In this document: one piece after another, positions 39,101 through 54,100 of the stretch | Layout: every line of letters begins with the position of its first letter | Position numbering within the stretch: position 1 is the stretch's first letter | From: Phoronis australis | Taxonomy: Eukaryota > Animalia > Phoronida | Length of the DNA stretch: 64,000 bases | NCBI GenBank assembly: GCA_002633005.1 | Contig: NMRA01000136.1 | Span: forward strand, 708,944 to 772,943 | Direction: 5' to 3' | The notes under the pieces: model-generated | What the model was told of the DNA's origin: nothing | The model's input: the letters and a program-made list of their open reading frames with translations, nothing else | Databases searched by the model: none | Made by a program: the position numbers and the translations under genes

Positions 39101-42100
39101 CAGAACATTCAGATGGCAAGACAAAGAAGGAAAAGGGTGCTGTGGACAGTGAAGAATCAGGTAATTTGCTCAATTATAATGTATTCATCAAGTGGATTGT
39201 GAAAAAAAAAGTTTGGTATTGGTATTCTGGTGTATGTTAAACTGAATCACCAACCAGGATCCTCTCTGATCCCCGCCTACACCATATAGGACAATTACAA
39301 TATGTTGGCCAAATAGTGTGCCAAACCCCAATATTAAATTTGTGGGGTGAAATGGAAGTTTCAGTTACTCATATAGTTGCAAACGAAAGAACACTGATGC
39401 TGCAGTACCAGTTAAGAGGGTTGGCACTCTCTGACCACGTACAACAGTACTGTACTTAACACTTAAGACACTTGTACCTTTGTTTGATGTTCGAAGAACT
39501 GCAACTATCCATCAGACCCAGGTCTCTCATGAATGAACTCTTCTTGTTAATGTAAGTATTCTCCAGTGTGATCAAGGTTGGGCCTTGTACCAAATTTTAG
39601 AAACTCAGTATCCCAAATTTTAGGTACTATCTCTTATGATCTTTTTTGCAGTTCATACATTTATTTACCCAGAAAGCATATTATTAGTGAACATGGCTAG
39701 GGTTGGGTAACCTCAGGTACATATCCTTACACTATATATTACAATACATAATACAGAACAAATTATTTATAATTATTTTGAAAAAGGAACTCTTAGTAAT
39801 TGAGAATATTATGAGAGAGGAATAGAAGAAAGGAGGTGGGAATGGACTTTCATACACTCATTCACAGACACATTCGCTGGAATTAATTTAATATTTAAAT
39901 TATATTTACATTACATTGACTTAAAAGTCAGTTTTATTATTAGGGTATGAAGAAGTGGTTCACTTTCATTGTTTTGTTCATTTTAGCAGTATAAGTTTCA
40001 CAATAACTGAATGACAATTTAATACCTGTAGTGGATGTCAAATTTGTATTTTTTTGCTGTTGTACAGACAGTAGTGGAGACAACATCAACCAGAACGCGT
40101 TCCCGGCGGGCCAGAGACCCACCAACAATGCCCTGTCAGTAGTGGAGGAGAGGTCAGAACCCTATGAGATGGAAGAAGTTGCCATAGATGCAACCTCTGT
40201 CCAGTCGATGGAGACCATCCCTATGTTAACCACGTCCGAGTATAATAAGTATGTGAAGAGTCTAGTGATGGTTCTGGTTGGGCAGAAGACTTACAACGAG
40301 TGGCTTAAGAAAGGTGCGTCTTGGTAGTACTTTTATGTTGGGCTTCTGTTGTTTGGGGGTTTGAGAACAGAGATGACTGTCTGTGATAACCATGACTACT
40401 TGTTCATGGCAACTTTAGATACTGCGAACTAGAAAATTAAATCTGTCACTGAAAATAATTATAAATGGAACTTTTTCATTGTGTGAAGAGCAAAAATCGG
40501 TTAACTACACAATCAGAAACACCATTTATCAGAGTGATCTTAATACCACAAAGAACGCAGTGAAATTTGAATTGGCAAGTGTCTCATGAATCAGGTACTG
40601 ATGACCAACAGTGACTTTACTCTTTGTTGAAATAAAGTTGAGACACAGCCAATATGCGCTCTCTGCTTTGACAACTTGTGGGTAAGATGATGTTTGCACT
40701 TGGCTGGATGGACGTGTGTAAAAGTAGCTAGTGACTGATAGTTCAATGAAGGTTCCTTACAATAAACTATCAAGCTGTTGTTAATGTTGATGTTGGAGTT
40801 TTGTCAATCCATGATTAGAGATGCCTTTAGTCTTTGTCAGGTGAGTGCTCTACTAAAATGCATTGTGGGTAATATCTGACTCGGAATTACTTGAAAAGCA
40901 GTTGAAGATAAAACTGTCGTACCTTTAGTCAAAATAATCTCAGAATAAATTAAACAGACAGTTGTCCTGTGCTTGAAATCTCTCATTTATACAGTCCTTT
41001 ATTCCCTTCCAGATTTTGCTCTTCGGCAGATGGAGAATGCTGCTATAATAGCCACGTCTTGGCAGCGGCCCCCTCTATTGATTGATCCGTACGGTGAGGG
41101 TATCACACAATTGAAGTGGCTTAACAAACACTTGTTTGACAAGAAAACTGTGGTGGTGGACATGGAGTTCAGGTAAGGGACCACAGGATAAGGGATGTAG
41201 TCTTGACAAATTTGTTGTTCATAATTATTGGGTTTGTTGCAGTGGTGATGCTTTGTTGAATTTTTGTTTTAAATTATAATTTGAAGCACGAGTTTAATCC
41301 TCAGTGTACGTGGTATCGTTTATCTCTGAATTGTGAGGTTGAAAATCTAACATTTTGATCGTTACGTAAATACTCACCAATCTCATAATATGGCTGAAAT
41401 GTTATTTGATTATTTTTCATGAGAGATATTTAGCACCAAATTGCTTGCTTTCCGTGTTCAGAATTTTGTTCCATAGGTACTACCCGACATTTGTTTTGAA
41501 AAATTGTTAGCATTGACAACAGTGTTAGAAGCCCTTGAAAATGAAAAGCAGACTTTTGTCAATTACTTTCCATGAAGCAATTCCTACGCTAACATTTGGG
41601 GTTTTGTTACCCAAACACCTAAGCGACCTTACACCAGACTGTCGGTATCCTTATTGATTCAGAATTAATGCATGTGGCTTAGCCGCACTGCTGAATAAAC
41701 TCTATTCACTAATTTCTTATAATGTATGAATATTAAAAATTTGGCGAACATGGCTAATACTTACTTTTCAATTTTAGAAACTGTCATGTAGGTCGTTTGC
41801 CTTACTTATTGTTTGTTTTTTGACTTTGAAACTAGTACGCTAAACATGTGTGTTGCTTATGACTGCAATTATCTCCCTCAATACACATTTAGTCAAGCTC
41901 AGGAATAGCAAATACCTCCTTTCAAACTGTGACGGCACTTTCACGTCTTTCGAATTCACTGGATGGGGTATACAGTGCACGCTTTCTCATCCACTTGCAT
42001 GCAAATCCTGTTAGTGTAAGATTTGCCTAATGTAAAATTGGTGAGGTTTTATTGAAAATAGAAAATTGCTTTCCAAAATTTGATCCTTGTTTCACATAAT

Positions 42101-45100
42101 AACGGGTTTTAGTTTCAGGATTAGTTTCATTCTTCTCTGTTAATGATTTGCCTTATTTTTCATTTACCATTTAGGTGGTAAGTCAGTGCTTTCATTTGTT
42201 AGTCAAGGTTTTGGTTTGCTAGTACAAAATATAGTATTTTCACCATAGTTTGAAGGGTTCAATTTCTGTTTGCTTATAATTTCACGGGTGCATGTTGGGG
42301 CACACTCTTTACTAGCCTCACCCTCTGACTTGTCTTTCTTATTACTTCTCTGTTTGCACACTTCTGGTCATATTTCGCTTTTGTATCAATCCTTGTTTAG
42401 AGGTTTCTACTTGGTCGCACTGTCGGGGAATTTATTGCTCTCATTTCAATACCCTGAGGCTATCTTCTTTTTACCTTGTTTTGTTTGAAAAATCTTGTAC
42501 ACTTTTTAGTCGAGAGGAGTGCCTATTGCCATAGTTTGTAGACACTATGTGTATTAAACGGGGGTGCCCAAGTGTTGGTAGGCTCTGTTTTTTACTATAC
42601 CAGTGGGTGCATGCTATGCAACTCAATGCTTGTATATCTCCAAGATTTTTTTAGTAAGAACTGTCATTTGTAAAAATGCAAAGTGCATATTTTTCAAATG
42701 ATTTCTATCTTGTTTAAACTAATCTTGCATTTTGCTTTTGCTGTCAATGTTGAATTCTTAACCAAGGTTTTTGGAGCATTTCTTAGTAATTATGTTCATA
42801 CCATCTTGAATTCTTGCCAAATGAGCTGGCAATGCTGGCAATGCAGGCTCTGCTATTTGTAACCCACAATTTTAGGGTTGGCCAATTTCAATTAACTCTG
42901 GAGTGTATTCTTGAATCTCTGATGATTTTTGTTCTTTCTGGTACCAAAAATAAGAATTCGATCACAGAAAGAAATTTATTATGACACTGAATTTCATTTT
43001 TTTTTGTCAAGCTAAACAGGATGACATGCAGCTGTAATTGTTACCTGTAGATTCAATTACTTATTAGATGATGCATTTAATTATCATTTATCCTTATGTG
43101 AAGTATTTGAATACGAACTATGCCTTACTTGAATATTCGTCCTGACATTGTGAAGTTGACTGCAGGCTCGATCTATTGATATCCAATTCCCATAAAACTT
43201 GCGGCGCACTCTTCTGGTGTTCCTCAATAACAACTCCAGGGAACTGAGCCATGAGCCACATAACTTGAATTTGATGCTGCTGTGCATATATCCTCTCTGT
43301 TTCCAGGCTCAAGCCATAGAGTGATTAAATTAGTATTGGCAACTGTTTACAGGCTTGAGCCCCAAGTACTGGTCCATATTGAGCGAGGCATCATCAAAGG
43401 TCGACACGTGCTCCTCAAGAACTGTGAGGAGAAACTGGACTCGATGATCAAACCTCTGATACATCACTGTAACACATCTAAAGAGAACATGCAGGAGGAA
43501 GGTGATTGTCTTATGGGTCTTCTCTTAGATGCTGTAAACTCTTTAAGTACTTTAGATATGAAAACGCCTCAAGAGTGGAACTTTATTGTAATATAATCAT
43601 TCTTATCATAACTTAGACTGAAAAGGTGGAGAATATGTTCCACTATTTGACAAATATGTGTTTTTTCAGTAAATATTTACCGTAGTCACATTTTTAATGC
43701 TGTATGGGGTCTTTTGCGGCAGAGATAAATTTGGTTTTCACACTTAACGATAATGTCTGGAATATTGAAATGTATTAAGTTCATTCTACCTATTGCCTGA
43801 TGATGTGACAGGCAGTCATGACATATAGCTACTGTGCTTTTTTGTTTGTTTGTTATGTCTCTCGGTATTTTACTTCATACCTGCACACCTGAAGAAAGAA
43901 GACTGTTCCGAAATTATGAACGTACCAGTATCAAGCTCGCCTAGAAAAAGTCTAGTCCTGTCTTTAGTGAAGTTTATAAAGAAAGGGATGCTATCGAACT
44001 ATACTTTGTCTAATATCGTAAGAATGAACGGGCAAACGAGTAAGGAAAAATTACTATTGAGGCCAATTCCTGTGAATACAAATTCATCTAATGTTTGTTT
44101 TCACTTACCCTCCACAGAGCCTCGTATGATCTTCTTTGCTGGTCGTCGTGTCCTTTGCCATCCCCAGTTCTGCCTCCATCTCTCCTCATCCTTGCTCAAG
44201 CCTAACTATAATGCTGTCGTTGCCTCCACATCCTCCATTGTCAACTACGGCTACTCAAACGAGACTCTCAGCGACGACCTGTTGATGAGAGCCTTCCAAC
44301 GGCTTCGACCAGAACTGTATCATGAGCGCAAACTTGCCCTGCATAGCATCCACGCTCAGAAGAAGGTTCTCAATGATATTATGGAGTACGCCAGGCAGGA
44401 AGTGTACCAGCGAGTGCTGTCCACACCGGAACATGCTATCTGGAAAGAGTCGGACGTCTCACTCATATTTGACGGCGTCACCAGAAAGTTTCAGGTGAGA
44501 GAAGTTGAAGTGAAATGTCCAATGTTGTATAGTATTGCAGGGGTTACTCCCACAGAAGAGGTATACGGGACGTGTCGCTCAGAAGGAAGACTTTCATAGG
44601 CAGTCTCCCCATGAAATGTTGGCTTTTCTGGCAAAGTTTCCTTCGAAAGGGTCGCCTTTTTCTGACAAAACACCCTTCAAACGTTTCTGAACATTTGGGA
44701 ATTCGAAACTCTATAAAAGGCTCCATTTCTAACTTGGCATATCCACAGGAGGGCTTTCTATAGAATTCAGAATTTTAGTTGGAAATGATGATTTTGTCAA
44801 AATGGTATCTCTTCTTGTACTGTTCAAGAATACGCAAGGGTTGAGTTAAATTATGAAATTAACCCCTGCAAAGGGTGGTGCTTCTGAAGCAAAGCCCTAC
44901 ATAAGGGTGACTTTTTGACGCAATTTCTCAACAAATGGGTTTCCTTTTTTTCCACTCCCCGATTGGGTGAGTGTCCTAATTTTCAAGCCATGCCCCATCA
45001 AAATATAGTCAAATACCCCTCATGTTACTGATGTTTAGATTGAACCATACTTTGTTGACTCATCTAAAGACAACACATCTTCTTGATGATAGTTTGAATT

Positions 45101-48100
45101 ACTTTCGAGGTTTCCAACATGTTTGTTATTAAAGGTGTTCTTGTTGAAGTTGAACATAATGATATTTCTTAACACCACAATACGTCTGTGGTGATGTTTT
45201 TCATTACTATATCATATTAGGTGAACTTATCAGCATAATTATTGGATATTAAGTTAGTATTATTAGTTAGTACAGTTAAATCTCAACTTCTGTTTTGCTC
45301 AGTTTCAGTTAAAACAAATTCATTGAATGTAAAAATGTCATAAAAAACTTTGAGTGACTTTAACATGTCCTTAACCGTTGATAGACTCCTACGTATTTGA
45401 TTCGACTTCGAGATTCTGATGTGATAGAGAGCAGCTCAGTGGAAGAGGTGCAATGAGTTCTCATGTTACACAATATTTTATTGGTTGTGTTAACTTGATG
45501 TTGATTTTATACTAACATTCTAATTTTCTGAATAGTTTTGATTTGTGCTGTTTAAACAGTGCCACGTATTCTGAAATCTGTGTTGAAAACTTAATGATTT
45601 ACATTTTTTTAGCTTTTCAATTGTCTTGACTTGGAATCTCTCAATTTTCCAATTATTACATTTTACTCTTGGAGATGTTTGTGGTAATTCAAATACTATA
45701 GTTGACATGTGACAAGATTTTCTTTTTTTATTTTGTGACATGGGTAATCTATAAGCATCCCCATAATCTATAAGCATCCCCATAATCTATAAGCATCCCC
45801 ATAATCTATAAGCATCCCCATAATCTATAAGCATCCCCATAATCTATAAGCATCCCCATAATCTATAAGCATCCCCAGCCTATGGAATGGGTGTTAAACC
45901 TTGATCATTGATTTTGATTGCAGAAAATCCTTGAAGACTTGAATCCTGCAATTCACATTGGCTTAAAGTGTTTTAGTAATGTGAAAAAGGTTAAGCGTCG
46001 ATTAGTTCATCAGTTTAGTTGATCTGTTGGTGTTTTGTTTCTGCTGCATAGTTGTAATTTTGTTGGTTGTGAACGATGTCGTGAATGGTGAGAGCTAGCT
46101 TTGGACTTTAGATGGCATTGATGGTTGTGGGAAACTTTAAACTTTAGTAAAATTTAGTTGCTGTTGCATTGGATGGTTGAACTTACTCGAAAAGTTAAGA
46201 TTGAGTGAAAAACTGAGCTTGAACTCACCGTTGCATTCAGTGTATATCTTTAGCAAGCCATTTTAAGTTTTAAAAATAATTTACATCCTGAGACGGACAT
46301 TCATGCCTGAAGGTATATATGCTTTGGTTGGTGTTAACTAACTGGGCAAGACTCAATTGCTACACATCTGCCGAGCATGATTGGCACATATTACTATCTA
46401 TGGCTCATTAGGTGTCTAGCGAAATCATACATTAGTTTTAGGCTGTGCTCAGGTTTTCTGGACAAGGTAATTGGTTTCTGCCCTACTGGATAATATTCCA
46501 TGTCGGGCCACTGTTTTATGACAGGCCAGTCAGCAGAATACAGAAACTGTATTACAAAGCTGTACAGTATGGGTATATTGTGTACAGATCTTGACCCTTC
46601 TCTTTGTAAAGTGTGATGACTGAATTTGATAGGGATATGACATACTGTATGATAAATTTACATTGCTGCAATCCTGTGAATTTTGTGTTCGACGTTCTGT
46701 ACATGACTGATCTAACAATTTGAATGCATTCAAACGATCACTGATAAACTTCTATAGCTCATCTGGTCTAATATCAATTTTGTTAAGCTGTGTGCTTAAA
46801 CTATTTCCTCTTGCAGATTTACCAACAGCTAAAGGACACCAAAGCCATACTTAAGGCTTTGAACCAACTTAAGGAGGAGCTTCTCCCCATCGCACGGCGG
46901 GGGGCCATGCTGTATAACATCGTCACTAGTCTGGCAGCCATCCAGCGAGAGTATCAGTTTTCACTGTTCTCTTTCCGCAAATACTTTGATGAAGCCGTCG
47001 GTGAAGACTTCCCCGATGGTGCAAGCGAGGACAGTGAGAGTGACCATGTAAGGAAGTGATGAATGCTTTCAAAGTCACCTATTCAGGACACATTTTGGCG
47101 CACAAGAGAGATTTTATTTTTTCATAACCCACTTAGGGCTTAGAAGGATAACTAGTCTGCAGACAGTTTTAAAATTTGGGTGTCATTCACACACAGCAGG
47201 CAATATCAGTGATGGCAGTTCTTTGTGAACCCTGCTCTAATGTACTGTCCCAGCTGAACTGTGTAACTAAACATACTTTGACAAAGGGTTTATTTATGGT
47301 CCTGGATGAGAAGATATTAAGTATTTTTTACCCCCTATGGATAACTGAATAGCTGAGCCCTGAATGTGACGCTGAGCAGCACCATCAAAATGATTTGTTT
47401 TCAATTTTTTTGCAATCAGACTATTGGAAAATTTGTGGGCATTCACATATTAAAATGCTAGAAACTTTTGAAAATTAAAATGCCTTTTGGTTAATTTTCC
47501 CCATTACTTTAGTATGTAATTAAATGCGATTCTATATTTGTTCTGTACATGAAATGTCATTTCTGTTGCCTGATTTCTCATCGTTTTTCAACAAAAAATT
47601 CTGTAAATAAGTTGCTCATTCCTCACATCTTAGTTTCAAATTATGAAGTACTAACAATTGACTAATAGCATGTTATTGTTTTTATACTACTCATCTTCCC
47701 TCACTGCCAAAACATTTTGGATTTTATAAACAGTTTCTATCTGCTTCTTCCAAATTTTCTGCCTTTGTCTTGCAGCAGTGTTCATAGTTTTTGGGGAGTT
47801 GTACCTAAATTATCTGTAAATGAACACGCACAGCATGGGAGTCTATTGCTACACATTTTGACCAAGAGGACCTGGTGTAGAGCATAGTCAGCCCCAAGTA
47901 CAATACATACAATCATCATAACTGGCAATAAAAACTGATAAGTTCCTGTTGCACTAGCGCAGTGTGTTCTCTTAAAATCCCCTAGAACCCTTGTGTCGAC
48001 TCTTCCACTTTTGTTATAGGAGTTTAACGATGGTGACAGTGAGCATGATGTGATGGGGACTGTAAACAATGCACCCAGTAGCAGGGCCAGTACACACCAC

Positions 48101-51100
48101 AGTGATGCGGCAGGTAGAAGAACTAGTAAGTATCTGAATTTAATACATCATGTTCTCCTTGATTTTCTTGTGGTTAGAGACTAGTGTGATATCTGTCTTC
48201 CTTGCCGTCTGTTGTATGAAAATAGAGTTGTACCTTCTTTGGTTCCATTGTTTGGATTCATTCCGCTAGGAATGATTGACTTTCCATAATCTCCCACAAG
48301 TGACTATAACTAATGCAATAGAAAGGTCCATGTGGTCTGAGATTCAACCTTTTGTCACTGCATACAAATCAATTTGTGAAACATAGTTTATCTTGATTAT
48401 AATATGTAATGCTATGCAATAATGTACATTAATTTATAACTGTATGCAATGCAGTGTTGTGCTTCACTCTCTGATGTTTTTAGCTGAAGCTGATGTTGAA
48501 GCAGGCACTGATGCTGATGCTGCCACTGACGCAGAAGGTGAAGACTATCCGGCTGACTTTGATTCTGACACCAAAGATACGAGTGCAGAATCGTCGCCCA
48601 AGAAGCAGCCGTCTGAGGAACTTAAAGATGGCGGCTCCGATACTGGCCTCAGCACCGTCAGGGAGGATGTGGCAGAGGCTGAGGAGGGGACGCAGGCAGA
48701 TGACGCCACACAGCAAGAGGATCCAGAACCAGCAGAGGGGGAGGAGGACACACATCTCCCTATTGATATACCTGAAGCACCAGTCTTCCCGTCAGAAGGA
48801 GTAGAATACACGAGTCTGTCAGTGAACCAGATCAAACAGACTGTAGATACTCTAACTGCCAACTTCTTTGAGAAAGTTTATTTGTAAGTAATATGCAGAT
48901 AATTTGATTTTTCAGCCTAGTTACATCTCTTGGTAAACTAAAAGGGAGTTGTCAGGACTTTATTTTGACTTTGACATGATTGCCCTTGCCTTTGGTTATT
49001 AGCTCTTTGTTTTTGTCAATGTGGTAAGTGTTGTATAGTTGCACTTAATAACTGAAACTTGGCGAGTAGTCCAGGTCTGCCTCATCCAGGTAGAGTAACA
49101 AGCTGCTCTAGTGAAACTCATGTGTGAACATTACTTAAGAAAGTTAATCAAACATTAATTGCCACTTACTCTGTGTGTATATCCAATTGTGTGTATATTT
49201 GTGTGTTGTTCAGGCGTCTTCATGAAGAACATCGCCTTTTGTTTGCTGCCCTGGTCTGTCTCAACATACAACAAGAGGCTGGGGATAGATTTACTGAAGA
49301 AGAGATGCAACTCATTTTGCAAGGTAAGCATGCCTTCCATCAGAGGAAGAGACAACTTTGGATGTAGACTACAAACTGTAACTTTTGAAATTGGTCTCAA
49401 ATTGTTCGTTATGGGCAATTGGAGATAACTTCATGCTTTTGAAGGAACTAACAGGTCGTTATTGCTTGCGGCACAAGCTGGTGTGTCGCGGCATGTCATT
49501 TTATGTATCGAGTGTGGTCTTAAAGGAATAATGTATGACAGTTCTTTGCTAAGCCAGAAAACACGTCTCAGCCGAGTAAAGAACAAGTTGACATTAACTT
49601 GATAGCAGTAAGGTTTATTAGTTCACAAGCTTGCTTCTCGAACAGAATTCAGGCTCAATATGCTGCAGTTGAGTTTTCAAAAAGATGTTGGCGAATTTTT
49701 AAAATTTTGTCTGACTTTGTTATGACAAAAACCCAAAAGAAAACCATGCAAAAATAACTGCTTGGAAATTGTGCTTCGAAATTTTCTCTAATTTTGACAA
49801 GAAGTTTTGCCAACTGTATTGTACATTGAAGACACAGCTTTACAGGTTTGCTCCTTTCATTTATTTGATGCAAAAATATTGACTCAACTTCGATTGTTTA
49901 TAAGTATGAAAAGGTCAAAAATAAATAGTACAAACGTTGTTGTCATGTATTCAACAAGATATGGTACTAAGAAGAGCATATCATTTGTGTGATAACCACT
50001 ACTCTTGGCTAGCTAATTGGTCCACATTTTTACCTGAGGAGTTTGAGACGGCAGTGAGATTCAAACCCTCATATACCTGGATGTTGTCAATCTACCAACT
50101 ACTTGCTTTATAGTGACATTTAATTAATGCAGCCGTAGGTGAGACTTCTCTTACTTTTATGTGAAATGGGTGCATTGCTTTATATTTACTAGGTGGAGAT
50201 ATTAAAGAACGAAATCCTCTTTTTATTTTGTGAATTGATGAAATGCTGTTTACCAGTATTGGTAGAGTTCCTTTGATTTGAGTCCCACCTAACCTGAATG
50301 CTTAAATTTCTGCAAACGACCATTGTTTCAGTAGTGCCATGGCTGGTGTATTCTGTGATACCTATTGTACATTGCAGTAAACTCGCACATAGTTTCTGTG
50401 TTCATAAATAATTATTCATGTTATTACCCACAATCCTTCTCTCAGGTAACCCTGGCCTGGGCATGCAGTTGACCTTGGATGACTTTGAATGTGAAAGTCC
50501 AGTGCCTGACTGGATCCCTGCAGACAAGTGGGATGACATCCTGGCTTTGTCTGTACTGCCCGGTCCCCTGGACAACTTGTGTGTCCACATTGCTGACCAT
50601 CCAGATGACTGGCTGCAGTGGTACAAGTCTGATGTACCTGAGATGGAGAACCCACCATTACCTGATGGAGGTAGGCTGAATCTGGCTGTATGCATGAATG
50701 GTGTCATTAAACTGAATACAATAATGTGCATTTTAGGTAACATGTAAAACAGCTATGGTCAGTTATTTCACACAAGATTAATTGCCATTTTTCAATTTTC
50801 TGTGGTTGTTTTACTTGCCAGTGGATGAAAGACATAAGCTGAATACGGCAATGTGAATTTTGTAACTTCTAAAAAAAATACGGTCAGTTATCTCATGCCA
50901 ATTTAGGTTCCACCTTTTTTAGTTTTCAATGGTTGTTTTCCTTGTTACCAATTATAAAAAAATTCAAAGTTATTTTTCAAGTGACGTTAATTTTGTAATT
51001 CGAAATTCCACATACTAATCCATTGCTCCACCATTTTGTATGCTAACTTTCTCTTAATGTAAAGCTCAAGTTTGTACTCTAACTACCGCAGTTTTTCCAA

Positions 51101-54100
51101 ACCAGTTCAGTTCCAATCTTATGGTGGAAATCCTGACAGAAATAAAACCAAGTTAGTAGATATAAATTATTACATACTATTAGATAACAAAAACTGATCT
51201 CAAATTTTTGTTGATTTTTCAATGAGAAGACTTGCTTGACTATTTTTTTAAAAGTAATATATACTTTATTTTTATTTTGTATGGAGTGAAGATAATATTT
51301 GACATAGGATGGCCTTTTGTTGATGCGGTATAGATGTCATTGTTTAAGCCTGTACTGAGTTTACCAGGAGTACAATATCTATTCACAATCAATGTGGGTT
51401 TATTGCTTCCAACATATTTTCTCTTTGCTTAGAATACAAATCCTTGTATTGCATTTAATCTATAGTTAGCCTGTTTAGTTAAAACTGTCAGAATCTATTG
51501 TTTAACTATCCATGTTATGATAATGTTTATGTAAACCAATTTTACCAAATAATGTATGGAAGTGCCAATATGTAGAGTTGAATGTTGTTGTTGCCAATCC
51601 TTTGTTTGTAACTATGTAGTTCAAAGTCATTATGAAGTAAAAACTCTTTCTATTTAATCTAGTGAAATCATTCCCTTCCTTTCCCTGGATTCCCTGTTCA
51701 ATCAGAAATGTTTGCACACTCCAGCATTCTAGGACTATATGAAGTTAGTCCTCTAACACCAAACTAATAGTTATTTCCCCTCTCTTCAGTTGACCTCGCC
51801 ACCAATGCTGGTGTCGATACAGAGACAGCTGCTGATGATGGAATAGACAACCAGACACAGACACAGACAGATGGAGTGCTGTTCAGTGACTTCCACCATC
51901 TTCTGCTGGTACGCATGATGCGACCCGACCGGTTCCCTATAGCTCTGTCACAGTACGTATGTCGCCACATGGAGCTCATCCCCGCCAGGAACCGTAGACC
52001 AACATTCGCTGACGTTGTCAACATAATTGGTGACCACCACTTAGGACTCCTGGTGTTGACTCCGCCCAACCCGACAACCCGCAACCGACAGACAGCATCT
52101 GAAATTAAGATGTCCGTACACCCGACTGAGATTCTGTTTAAGGTGGCAAAGGTTAGTTTCAAATAATTACTTTTTTGTAACTTTATGTTGCAGCATACTC
52201 TGTAAAAGGTTTTAGATATTTAAATTATGCTGCTCCAGTAGAAAGTCTGCCTATTTCATTGCATTGTGTACTTAATGAATGGATGGGTACAATACTGCTG
52301 ATGTTAAGGTGCATGTTCAAGGCCCTCAACCTTCGATTTTAGGGCCGAATACTGATCCTATTCCCCTCTGAAAAATATTGGAAAAATCGCACGAAATTCT
52401 CATCATGAGGCCCAAAAATTGATTGAAAATTTTCCCTCGAGGTTTGAGTTATTTGTAACTTACACAGGTGACAATTTGAAAGAGCACAAAATATTAGGTT
52501 TTGGCTACTTGAGGCGTAGCCTTTGAGGGTTTGCAACAGGGTGGGGGAACTGTTGATGGTGATGGGGAGGTAGAATTTTCCCATCATCCCCAAAATTTCC
52601 CCTTTCCAAAGGCACAGGCAACTTTCCTATTCGATGAAGAAGGGCCCTGATTAGGGAATCTGATTAAAGGTCCTGTTGTGTGGAGTAGAGCAACTGACCT
52701 ATCGGCAGGATTTTGAGTGACAGCTTAACTGACCAGTCAGAACGCAGCATTCTTGACACACCTTCGTTTCCAAGCTGCCATTTTACCTGACAAACATCAC
52801 GTTGCCGGGTAAAACTTATTGTTTGTTTGTCAACATTACGCAAGGAGGCGGAGCTTGCGATATGTCAGTTACAACCTTAGCGGTGGCTTCACAGCAATAA
52901 ATCATTTGATCATAAGTTGATAAATCGTGGATTAAAATTTGTGATGAAGTTAGGTTAGGATCATTTTTGCCCGAAGAAATACTGGGATTAGCAGAAATAT
53001 ATGCACTAAAGCTTGTCATTTGACTGGTACAATGGTTATAGTAAATCTTTGAACCATGGGAAATAACTGGCCTGCGAGTGTCTGATGCGACAAAACATCA
53101 CGCGGACGCTTAACAATAGACTACTATTAAGTCTTGAAAATCAACCCTCTCTTGTTGAGGATCTTTGTAAGTTTTGAAATATTATACTTGGAGATTGTGG
53201 TAAATACTGCTCATAGTAATTTGAACTATATGAAGCTCTTTGTTTAGATAAAGCCAAACTTTGTTATTTTGTTATTTACAGTGTAAACTCCAGACCTATT
53301 TTTTCGTCATATTTCTAACGCCATTTTCAAAGTTCTAATAAATAGTAATTCCATAACGGTTCGTCAAATGAAAGCATTCTATCATTGTTGTGCTGTACTG
53401 ATCAACACAGGCCATGGATATTGCTGTGGAGTACATATCTCTAAGTGACGGCTGTCTGAAGTACCTAGAGGTAGTTCTTGCCGATGTGGAGAAGAAAGAC
53501 TGTTGGCTCATTGTAGACAATCTGCACCTGGCCCCGGACTCTGTATTGAAACGGTTGAAGGGAATGTTGCACCGGCTCAAGCTGAATCGAGGTAAGACTT
53601 AGAGGGAAGTGATTAGTTCAATGAAATTGATCTTGGATGCTGTATGTAGAAGGGAGATGAAATGGTCAGGAATTGGTAATGCAATACAAGGGTGTGGANA
53701 GGTTTTAGATATTTAAATTATGCTGCTCCAGTAGAAAGTCTGCCTATTTCATTGCATTGTGTACTTAATGAATGGATGGGTACAATACTGCTGATGTTAA
53801 GATGCATGTTCAGGGCCCTCAACCTTCGATTTTAGGGCCGAATACTGATCCTATTCCCCTCTGAAAAATATTGGAAAAATCGCACGAAATTCTCATCATG
53901 AGGCCCAAAAATTGATTGAAAATTTTCCCTCGAGGTTTGAGTTACTTGTAACTTACACAGGTGACAATTTGAAAGAGCACAAAATATTATTAGGTTTTGG
54001 CTACTTGAGGCGTAGCCTGTGAGGGTTGCAACAGGGTGGGGGAACTGTTGATGGTGGTGGGGAGGTAGAATTTTCCCATCATCCCCAAAATTTCCCCTTT

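Noticed and set aside
40686-40740. Intronic C/D box snoRNA
   Set aside because: Imperfect C box, only ~50 nt to CTGA, and no terminal stem.
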